DNA of 64,000 nucleotides from a phage: sequence record PV636258.1; one strand, 5' to 3'. Shown piece by piece: positions 56,772 to 64,000 of this stretch (position 1 is its first letter; each line of letters starts with the position of its first letter). The notes under the pieces were generated by a model. It saw only the letters and a program-made list of their open reading frames with translations, ran no database searches and was not told where the DNA came from. The position numbers and the translations under genes were made by a program.

Positions 56772-58103
56772 ATGGTTGCTAAAAGTATTACCGTAACAGA
56801 ATTTATCAACGGGGATCATAAAGAGTTTTCCGTGGTTAACAGCATCCGTCAAATCCCTCAGCTGATTGACAGCCTGAAGCCAAGCCAGCGCAAGATACTC
56901 TTTGCTGCTCTTGAATACAACAAGGAGGAGATTGTTGACCGCCTTGGCATGTTCGCCGCCGCTCGCACGAATTACAAATCCGGTGGTGAGAACATGAGCG
57001 GTACGATCGTGAACATGGCTCAGGGGTTCCCAGGTACGAATAACATCCCATACTTTGACCGCGACGGACAGTTTGGTTCAATCATGGGGCGCGAAGCGTC
57101 TTCCGCTCGTTATATTTCAGTGGCAGTGTCTGAAGTTATCCGTAAAATCTTCCGAAAGGAGGACGATGGGATATTGGAATACAATTATCTTGGGGAAGAG
57201 AAACTGGAGCCGAAATTCTTTTTACCCATCCTGCCCATGTTTCTCGTGAATGGTATAAATGGTATCGGCTCGGGTTATGCCACCGACACCCCATGTCACT
57301 GCGTTAAGTCCGTGCTCAGTGCCCTGAGAGCACTTCTCCGTGGCGAAGACCCGAAGGACTTAAAACCGTACTGGAATGGTTTCAAAGGAGAGACAGGCTA
57401 TACTGAGGAAGGAAGAGCATACAGTCGTGGTTTGTTCACCCGCGTCAATGCAACCACTCTGAACATCACCGAGGTTCCTATTGGTTGGTTCTCTAAAACC
57501 TATGAGACCAAAGTGTTGTTGCCGTTGTACAAATCCGGCATACTCACTGAATATGCTAACGATACGACCGAAGATGGTTGGGATATCACTGTTGTATTCA
57601 AGCGGGGTGAATTGTCTAAGTTGGATGACGAACAGGTTGAACAGATGTTCCGTCTTTACTCAGCTAATAAGCCCGTGTGGACAGCTTGGGATGAAGATGG
57701 TGTTATTCACCGTTACGATGGTTGGAAAGACATGTTGCTTCCATTTTTCAATTATCGCCTGAGTCGCTATGAAGATAGACGTCAGTATCTTATCAAGGAA
57801 TTGACCGACAAAATACACCGTTTGAACAATCGTGCCATATTCATTGGGTGGGCTGTCATTACAGATATGCGCCGGAGCCTCACGGAACTGAAAGCGTTAT
57901 TCCAGACAGACTATCCTGATTTTGATGGCGATCTCGATGATTTATTCAAGATGTCTTTATCATCAATTACACTAGATGCCCATGAACGTTTGTTGAACCA
58001 GATAAAGAATTTAGAAGTTCAACGAGAAGAATTAAATAATAAGCAAGACATCGATCTTTATACTGAAGATTTAGATGATCTTGAAAAGGCATTGGGCCTA
58101 TAA
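56772..58103 (+). CDS. DNA topoisomerase II medium subunit (GyrA-like cleavage-religation; T4 gp52-like)
   Basis: Start ATG 56772 right after upstream stop; QRKILFAA and SSARYISV (active-site Tyr context). Confidence 0.7.
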   Translation: MVAKSITVTEFINGDHKEFSVVNSIRQIPQLIDSLKPSQRKILFAALEYNKEEIVDRLGMFAAARTNYKSGGENMSGTIVNMAQGFPGTNNIPYFDRDGQFGSIMGREASSARYISVAVSEVIRKIFRKEDDGILEYNYLGEEKLEPKFFLPILPMFLVNGINGIGSGYATDTPCHCVKSVLSALRALLRGEDPKDLKPYWNGFKGETGYTEEGRAYSRGLFTRVNATTLNITEVPIGWFSKTYETKVLLPLYKSGILTEYANDTTEDGWDITVVFKRGELSKLDDEQVEQMFRLYSANKPVWTAWDEDGVIHRYDGWKDMLLPFFNYRLSRYEDRRQYLIKELTDKIHRLNNRAIFIGWAVITDMRRSLTELKALFQTDYPDFDGDLDDLFKMSLSSITLDAHERLLNQIKNLEVQREELNNKQDIDLYTEDLDDLEKALGL

Positions 58104-58146
58104 ATCTGGAGGGTGAAATTCCCTCCAAACAAGCGAGGGGTTCACC

Positions 58147-58425
58147 ATGTTTGTATATTTCCGCAGTCTCTCATTGCTGGCTTTCTTCTATTGGTTGTTC
58201 GATATCTTATGCCCTCGTTTTATTAAAGAGGAAGTTGCTTTTGTCAATCATGAAGGCCAACAAGATTTATGGATACCTCTTTGCGCTCTTTCTGATGTAA
58301 CCGAATCGGATGAAGTGGGTATGGTTGGCACCATGCGTTCATTTAATTTATTTGGATTCGCATTATTCCCTAAGTTAATTGGAGAATTACGCCCATACAA
58401 TCCTGATATAGAAGTGGAGGCGTGA
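58147..58425 (+). CDS. Small hypothetical protein (92 aa)
   Basis: ATG-initiated ORF; hydrophobic N-terminus. Confidence 0.4.
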   Translation: MFVYFRSLSLLAFFYWLFDILCPRFIKEEVAFVNHEGQQDLWIPLCALSDVTESDEVGMVGTMRSFNLFGFALFPKLIGELRPYNPDIEVEA

Positions 58426-58426
58426 T

Positions 58427-58738
58427 ATGTCAAAATTATTGACTCCAAAATTATTATCAATGGGTGGTTCCATATATTTTCATTGTCCTGGATGTAATAT
58501 GCTTCATCCTTATCGCATTTCAGGGCAAATGCCTGGCCCAATATGGCAATGGAATCACGATCTCGAATCACCGACTTTCACTCCTAGTCTGTTGGTGAAT
58601 CATTCTGATCCAAATAACCGTTGCCATTTATTTTTGACAGATGGTAAATTACAATTCCTCGGAGATTGTTTCCACGAATTAAAGAATCAAACCGTGGAGA
58701 TGGTCGATATTCCTGAACCTGAAATATGGATAGATTAG
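58427..58738 (+). CDS. Small Cys-containing protein, possible zinc ribbon (103 aa)
   Basis: GGAGG SD; CPGCN ... C ... C pattern. Confidence 0.45.
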   Translation: MSKLLTPKLLSMGGSIYFHCPGCNMLHPYRISGQMPGPIWQWNHDLESPTFTPSLLVNHSDPNNRCHLFLTDGKLQFLGDCFHELKNQTVEMVDIPEPEIWID

Positions 58739-58741
58739 ATT

Positions 58742-59155
58742 ATGAAATTACTTGGATATTTTCGTTCTTTGCCTACTGGATCTCCTAATGGGTGTCAATT
58801 ATACTCTGAAGTGAAAGGGGACGTGGACGACACTCACATCGCCTTGTATGCTCGTGATATACCTGACCCAACCAAGTTTGATCGGCGTGTTGTGGCTGCT
58901 GCCAACAAATATGGTGATGTGATCGTTGTAAGCGCCCGACATCACGACAAATTGATGAACACGCAACTCAAACGATTGAAGGAAGCAGGTATTATCGAAA
59001 CCACCCACACTCGTGAACAAGGGTTTATTGATAACTATGGGCAATGGATGTCCCGTGAAGAGGCCGCTGTGGTCGCCCGTGAAGCCGGACAAACTAATCA
59101 GGTCCGTTTGAAGAACACTCCTTTCAAAGAACTCTTTTCCGAAGACCTCTATTGA
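58742..59155 (+). CDS. Hypothetical protein (137 aa)
   Basis: ATG-initiated ORF. Confidence 0.45.
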   Translation: MKLLGYFRSLPTGSPNGCQLYSEVKGDVDDTHIALYARDIPDPTKFDRRVVAAANKYGDVIVVSARHHDKLMNTQLKRLKEAGIIETTHTREQGFIDNYGQWMSREEAAVVAREAGQTNQVRLKNTPFKELFSEDLY

Positions 59156-59180
59156 ATAAATTGGCGGTATAATTGCCGCC
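59152..59180 (+). promoter_or_regulatory. Variant TTGAATAAA box plus hairpin with TATAATT loop
   Basis: TTGAATAAA 59152-59160; GGCGG-TATAATT-GCCGCC hairpin 59163-59180; gene start at 59205. Confidence 0.4.
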
Positions 59181-59204
59181 TAACCCCATAATGAGACAAA
59201 TAAC

Positions 59205-59429
59205 ATGGCAAATGAAATTGGTGATATTGCCCAGTTCCGTGCTATTTCACGCCGCCTGAAATCGTATGGACTCGTTATCGAAGAAATAGATGAAGACGTT
59301 CAGGGTGTATTGGAAGGGATGTTTGGGAGTACCGTTGGAACGGAATTATTTGAACTTTTAAAGATGGCAGCTGATAACCAATTTGTTGAATATATTTCTG
59401 AACACGCTATTGATGGTCTGAATAAATGA
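59205..59429 (+). CDS. Small hypothetical protein (74 aa)
   Basis: ATG-initiated ORF. Confidence 0.4.
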   Translation: MANEIGDIAQFRAISRRLKSYGLVIEEIDEDVQGVLEGMFGSTVGTELFELLKMAADNQFVEYISEHAIDGLNK

Positions 59430-59662
59430 ACGAGTTATATGAATTTGAACGCGTGTATGAGTCCGCTTCAGTTTCAGGATACATGAAACGATTATATCAA
59501 GAAATCTGTGTTCGTTTGATGATGCGAGGAATATCTGTCAATTGTGTTATGGCACAGACAGACAGTTTTATTATGACACTCACTGACCATCGCCAGAATA
59601 TGTGTATCATCCAGGTTAGCTGTGTCAACAACGAAATTATACAATGGAGACGTTACGCATGA
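59426..59662 (+). CDS. Small hypothetical protein (78 aa)
   Basis: ATGA overlap with flanking genes. Confidence 0.4.
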   Translation: MNELYEFERVYESASVSGYMKRLYQEICVRLMMRGISVNCVMAQTDSFIMTLTDHRQNMCIIQVSCVNNEIIQWRRYA

Positions 59663-60264
59663 CCACATATGTTATCACAAACGGCGATTTACTGAAAGCC
59701 GCTACGAGTTTTAATCTCATCAATGCTTTCGCTCATGGCGCAAATTGTTGGTCTGTGATGGGCGCAGGTATCGCCAACCATGTTCGATTGGATTTCCCAG
59801 AAATTTACCGCGCCGACCAATTAGATGAACGTGGTCCGGAACAACGTTTGGGGAACATGTCCTATGCGTTTGATCATGACACTGGTGTCTGGGGATTCAA
59901 TTTGTATACTCAGTTCTACCCTGGTCCTAACGCACGCATGCCTTCCATTATCAGTTCAGTTCAGATTATGTTTGAACAAGTTCACGATATCATTGAGGCA
60001 AAAACTGACGAAACAGTCTATGTCGGTTTACCCGCCATCGGCTGTGGTATCGGTGGTTTGAAACTGTTTCATGTAGTGAGCCAGATTAATAAAATCGCGG
60101 ATACTATCTTCGAAGATACCAGGCGTCGTGTAGTACCCGTCTTTTATATCCGACAGGGTGACGGGTTTGAACAAGATTTACAAGAACTTTCCCAGATGGT
60201 GGACTACGGAATCTCTGTCGTCGCTAGTGAAGAAGATATCATCGAAGAGGAAGGTATTGGATGA
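59659..60264 (+). CDS. Macro-domain protein (ADP-ribose binding/hydrolase fold)
   Basis: INAFAHGANCWSVMGAGIANHV (NAAN...GGGV-like) and LPAIGCGIGG motifs; start at ATG 59659 with GGAGA SD. Confidence 0.55.
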   Translation: MTTYVITNGDLLKAATSFNLINAFAHGANCWSVMGAGIANHVRLDFPEIYRADQLDERGPEQRLGNMSYAFDHDTGVWGFNLYTQFYPGPNARMPSIISSVQIMFEQVHDIIEAKTDETVYVGLPAIGCGIGGLKLFHVVSQINKIADTIFEDTRRRVVPVFYIRQGDGFEQDLQELSQMVDYGISVVASEEDIIEEEGIG

Positions 60265-60605
60265 AGCGTGAAATAACAGAAGAGATGCTCGCCAAAGCCG
60301 TTCTTCATCCCAAGGTGCGTTTTGCATTTATCCCTACACGTTTACACGATGGAAATTGGGTATGGCTGGAGCATTATGTTCGCGCTCCTATCGGCCTATA
60401 TGCCCAACTCCGTTATGGCGGCGAAGTCGAGTTAAAACAATATCGCGTCGGCGGGGGATTAGGCGGGTTGGATGACGGGGAATATTTCCCACATCGCAAT
60501 TTCGCCATGAACGATAATTCATATTTCAAAGTCGAGTATGCCGCCGCTTGTGGGACATATCCTTTGAAACTCCTTTTAGAGAAAGCAGGGGAAACTGATG
60601 TATAA
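60261..60605 (+). CDS. Hypothetical protein (114 aa)
   Basis: ATGA overlap with upstream gene. Confidence 0.45.
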   Translation: MKREITEEMLAKAVLHPKVRFAFIPTRLHDGNWVWLEHYVRAPIGLYAQLRYGGEVELKQYRVGGGLGGLDDGEYFPHRNFAMNDNSYFKVEYAAACGTYPLKLLLEKAGETDV

Positions 60606-61230
60606 ATCTAATTTCTTGGCCGTCGCTGATAGCGAAACTCTCGGTCGTTGGGATGATGCTGTCATGTTGTCTTGGGCACAGACTATCGCCGACCTGACTA
60701 AGCGTTATACTCTTCAGCAGCTTGTTGAAGAGCGCACGACATTTATTAAACTGAATGTCAAAGAACAGATTGAACTTGGCCGTGTGAAAGACCAGGGCAC
60801 TGTGGAATGGTGGCTGGGTACAGGTAAACGCAACCCGTGCGACGCCGCCCGAGCTATCAGTCTATATCCGACCGACAAGGATATTTCTATTTTCGAATTG
60901 GCCGATGAAATTCGCAAGGGATGCCATCGCCTTGGGATCGACCCGCGCTCGGTTGACTGGTGTGATAGGAATCTGTTTGACCTCCGCAAGGCCCAGCACA
61001 TCATTGAGGTGACGTGTAAGCAAGATTCCAACGAACCTTGGGACTATCACCACACATTTGACATCGTAAGCTGGCTGAAGGGTGTTGGGCAGCAGGATCG
61101 ATATGCTGGTATCAAGGCGTGGGAACTGGAAGGCATGATCTATCATGACCCTCGTTATGATGCGGCGCTTGACTGGCTACGCATTCAGAAAACCATGGAA
61201 GACCTGATGGGGCTGAAGGTAGAAGGATGA
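60598..61230 (+). CDS. DEDDh-type 3-prime to 5-prime exonuclease (T4 DexA-like)
   Basis: Exo I AVADSETLG, Exo II NLFDL, Exo III YHDPRYDA. Confidence 0.5.
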   Translation: MYKSNFLAVADSETLGRWDDAVMLSWAQTIADLTKRYTLQQLVEERTTFIKLNVKEQIELGRVKDQGTVEWWLGTGKRNPCDAARAISLYPTDKDISIFELADEIRKGCHRLGIDPRSVDWCDRNLFDLRKAQHIIEVTCKQDSNEPWDYHHTFDIVSWLKGVGQQDRYAGIKAWELEGMIYHDPRYDAALDWLRIQKTMEDLMGLKVEG

Positions 61231-61307
61231 ATCTTTCCTTGTTTTCATGGTTGTTTACAATCATAGTTTTCTTCATAGTCTGTGTTCAATATTTTGGAGG
61301 TTCTTAA

Positions 61308-61598
61308 ATGTTCTTTCAAATTGTCGGGGTGATCACGACCATTGTTTTTGTTGTCATAACGCTTTGGATATTGTATTCTTCATTTATCCATCCGATTTTT
61401 CAGGCTCTCAGTATTACACGTTGGCTCACAGCGTGTTCTTTGAAATCTGGAAGCGAATGTCCTTCTTTATCGTCCAAATGGAAATTCTTCAAATGGGCGT
61501 ATGAAGTCGGAGGAGTCCGAACAACCAGATATTCAAATAATGTAGGGGAATGGTTTAGCATCGGCAATTGGCGTTTGTACGAATCTGAAGACAAATAA
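61308..61598 (+). CDS. Small membrane protein (96 aa)
   Basis: Hydrophobic N-terminus VGVITTIVFVVITLWILY; terminator at 61597-61616. Confidence 0.4.
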   Translation: MFFQIVGVITTIVFVVITLWILYSSFIHPIFQALSITRWLTACSLKSGSECPSLSSKWKFFKWAYEVGGVRTTRYSNNVGEWFSIGNWRLYESEDK

Positions 61599-61616
61599 GC
61601 CCCGAAAGGGGCTTTT
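61597..61616 (+). terminator. Intrinsic terminator with GAAA loop
   Basis: AAGCCCC-GAAA-GGGGCTT then TTCTATTT. Confidence 0.7.
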
Positions 61617-61670
61617 CTATTTGTATAATGTATTATCATTGTACCATCATATCTTTATGGCACACAACAA

Positions 61671-61967
61671 ATGAAAGAGCAAGAAATTATCCGGCATTGT
61701 ATTCGCTTAGGAACATTAAAACCTCTCTATCAGGCTTTGCGTTTCAATGCCATTAAATTCAAACCTTTACCAAGAACTATCGCAACGTTCTTTGCCATGC
61801 GTTCTGTTGGAAAAACGATTTTCTTTGAGCATGACATTTATTTTTATACAAAGATTAATGGCGAAGATTTAGATAAAATGATTTTCGTGAACGACGATAA
61901 AAATATGAAGATAAAGGTGGAAAACGAATTGCGCAGGATAAATGATTCTTTAAGAGGAATATTTTAA
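61671..61967 (+). CDS. Hypothetical protein (98 aa)
   Basis: ATG-initiated ORF. Confidence 0.4.
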   Translation: MKEQEIIRHCIRLGTLKPLYQALRFNAIKFKPLPRTIATFFAMRSVGKTIFFEHDIYFYTKINGEDLDKMIFVNDDKNMKIKVENELRRINDSLRGIF

Positions 61968-62629
61968 TGGAAATTGTTGTCTCAATATCTGATTGTGATT
62001 TTGTATACCGTGTTCTTCAAGGGGATGCTCCATTGCCGGAGAATAATCAAGAAGTGACGTTGTTCTGGTCTGGTGGGGTGGATAGCACATACATGTTGAT
62101 TTGGTTGTTATCGAAAGGATATTCAGTTCATACTGTGTATTGCCACCTCGAAAATAATAAATTTAAATCTAAGCGCGAAAATTGGGCGAGGAATAAAATA
62201 TACAACTGGATTAATAAAAATGCCCCACTTCTCATGTATCGTTGGACACATCATCAAGAGCCTATCAGTAGCATCAACGTCCCGAACGGTGGTTTTCGCG
62301 CTTGTTTAGCACAAGCCCCGATATGGTTATTAAACACGCAATTTAAAGGCAGTGGCTTGCCGTCCACGTATATCTTGGCATATGTTAACGGCGATGACGC
62401 AATACACTGGATACCCGCCTTTAATAAAGTTATTGAAGGATACAACATGATGACCAGAGACGGGGAAAGACCTATTGAAATTTTATATCCATTGATTAGT
62501 CTCAAGAAATCTTGGTTCTATCATCACATGTCCCCAATACATGACTTAATGACATGGTGTGAATTGCCAATTTTGAAAAAGAATTGTGATTGCCCTGCCT
62601 GTGTTCGACATCGCCATGAGTTATCATAG
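61967..62629 (+). CDS. PP-loop ATPase, QueC-like
   Basis: PP-loop LFWSGGVDSTYML near N-terminus and C-terminal Cys cluster C-x8-C-x-C-x2-C (CELPILKKNCDCPAC); 220 aa. Confidence 0.5.
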   Translation: MEIVVSISDCDFVYRVLQGDAPLPENNQEVTLFWSGGVDSTYMLIWLLSKGYSVHTVYCHLENNKFKSKRENWARNKIYNWINKNAPLLMYRWTHHQEPISSINVPNGGFRACLAQAPIWLLNTQFKGSGLPSTYILAYVNGDDAIHWIPAFNKVIEGYNMMTRDGERPIEILYPLISLKKSWFYHHMSPIHDLMTWCELPILKKNCDCPACVRHRHELS

Positions 62630-62631
62630 AG

Positions 62632-62973
62632 ATGAAATGTTCGGTTGTTGTAAATGACATCACGAGATTGATAAATCTTATCAAAGACGTCTTCCCACAA
62701 CAGGTGGATGTTGAGTATGTTGGGAAGAACGGAAAGTGCTATCAGGTTGCTCTGGTTCTGAAGCACGTGTATCCTCAAGCAGAGATCCATTATAGCCAGA
62801 TTGAAGGTCATGTGTATACTCTGATTGATGGACATTACTACGACATCGACGGCATCCACTTCAGTGTCCCACCAGACACGTGTTTGCTCGAACATAATAG
62901 AGGTCACAAACCGCATCGTTGGCATAAAGGGTTTGTGAACGTACCGATTTTAGAATGGCTGAGGAAACCATAA
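62632..62973 (+). CDS. Hypothetical protein (113 aa)
   Basis: ATG-initiated ORF. Confidence 0.45.
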   Translation: MKCSVVVNDITRLINLIKDVFPQQVDVEYVGKNGKCYQVALVLKHVYPQAEIHYSQIEGHVYTLIDGHYYDIDGIHFSVPPDTCLLEHNRGHKPHRWHKGFVNVPILEWLRKP

Positions 62974-63533
62974 TGGCGGGAATTGTAAAGCACCTTGGTG
63001 ACACTCATCTTGGGCATAAGAAGGTCTTTAAACCGCGTGGATTTGATACACAGGAAGCCCATGACGCTGCGGTCATTGACAGTATCTTTCAGGGGTTGAA
63101 GTCTCGGGACGTTCTTGAACTGGCTGGTGATATATGCTTCATCGGGGCTGAAGGGTTCATTCGCCTGATGCGGGAGGGTGCCAAGCGAAACATTGATGAG
63201 TTTAAGCGACGCCCCGTTCCCGATGACTGGCGTCCGAACTTTATCATCAAGGTGGCACAAGGCAACCATGACAGCTTTAAGATGTTGTTGTCTCTGTATC
63301 TGGACGGCTGGATTAGCTCCTTCGGCGCTATGTACGAACGTGACACGCCTGTTGGCTGTGTGTTGACAACACATGTTCCTTATCAATTAGACCGTTGGGC
63401 GTATAATATCCATGGTCATCTTCACGAAAATATTCGAGAAGAGCGCGAATACCTGAACTGCAGTTGGGAACAATTCAAGCGTCCTGTAACCCTGGCTGAG
63501 TTGTTATACACAAATTTAGGAATTGTATTATGA
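62973..63533 (+). CDS. Calcineurin-like metallophosphoesterase
   Basis: GDTHLG, GNHD and GHLHE motifs; start at ATG 62973 (TAATG overlap) with AGGAA SD. Confidence 0.55.
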   Translation: MAGIVKHLGDTHLGHKKVFKPRGFDTQEAHDAAVIDSIFQGLKSRDVLELAGDICFIGAEGFIRLMREGAKRNIDEFKRRPVPDDWRPNFIIKVAQGNHDSFKMLLSLYLDGWISSFGAMYERDTPVGCVLTTHVPYQLDRWAYNIHGHLHENIREEREYLNCSWEQFKRPVTLAELLYTNLGIVL

Positions 63534-63862
63534 AAATATTCTTTCCTGGTCAGAAAGTACCCGAAGAAATAGAAAAGGTCGAGTTATTTGGTTATAAAAG
63601 CGGTGATCCGTTCCTGCGATTTTCTTCACCATGTATTGTGAAGCGTAATCATGAAGGGCATTATGTGCGCCCAATCATCCTCATGGGTTCTGTCATGACG
63701 CTGAGAGCTAAAACGGATTCGGTTGTTATTACTGGAAGTCCCAACATACCCAATGGGAAGACTACGCTAAATTGCAAGCCTATCCTGTCGTCTTGGGCGT
63801 TAATTGGATTTCTGTCTATAATCTTGTTTTATCGTTACCTTACCGACTTGGGGATCTTATGA
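63530..63862 (+). CDS. Hypothetical protein with C-terminal hydrophobic segment (110 aa)
   Basis: ATGA overlap with upstream gene. Confidence 0.4.
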   Translation: MKIFFPGQKVPEEIEKVELFGYKSGDPFLRFSSPCIVKRNHEGHYVRPIILMGSVMTLRAKTDSVVITGSPNIPNGKTTLNCKPILSSWALIGFLSIILFYRYLTDLGIL

Positions 63863-64000
63863 AAAAGCCACGCATCACAGGACATCAACTCTGCGTCCTT
63901 TTAGGAATGTTGAATTTTGAAAAGGGTGAAGCCAGACGCCTTTGTCATTGGTATTTCAATCCCAAATCTTGGACGAACGATAAAGGGAAAACGGTTTGGA
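63859..64000 (+). CDS. Hypothetical protein, 5-prime part only (runs off window end)
   Basis: ATG at 63859 overlapping upstream stop; frame open to window end. Confidence 0.35.
   Translation, partial: MKKPRITGHQLCVLLGMLNFEKGEARRLCHWYFNPKSWTNDKGKTVW

Overview
This window looks like part of a large virulent myovirus genome with T4-like replication genes; the overall gene content resembles ViI-like (Ackermannviridae-type) phages, but that family assignment is an inference from domain motifs and gene order, not from any database search. Layout: (1) positions 1-22500, a minus-strand late/structural block with baseplate-like genes, a repeat-containing fibre gene, four consecutive tailspike-like genes sharing one N-terminal module, and a 1612-aa structural protein, each separated by conserved hairpin cassettes; (2) 22500-27700, a largely non-coding, heavily structured region holding four canonical tRNAs (Met-CAT, Asn-GTT, Tyr-GTA, Ser-GCT), several atypical tRNA-like elements, long perfect inverted repeats, and one embedded PD-(D/E)xK-like nuclease gene; (3) 27700-64000, mostly plus-strand early/middle genes, including a family B DNA polymerase, topoisomerase II subunits, rIIA/rIIB-like genes, a P-loop kinase resembling 5-hmU DNA kinases, HAD phosphatase, PLP-dependent enzyme, MazG-like pyrophosphatase, DEDDh exonuclease, QueC-like PP-loop ATPase, and three ADP-ribose-related domains (PARP-like, NADAR-like, macro). 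The two things I would look at first are the structured RNA region around the tRNA cluster and a recurring intergenic element (TTCAATAAA followed by a hairpin whose loop is a TATAAT-like hexamer). All protein functions are motif-level calls made by eye; nothing was searched or folded computationally.
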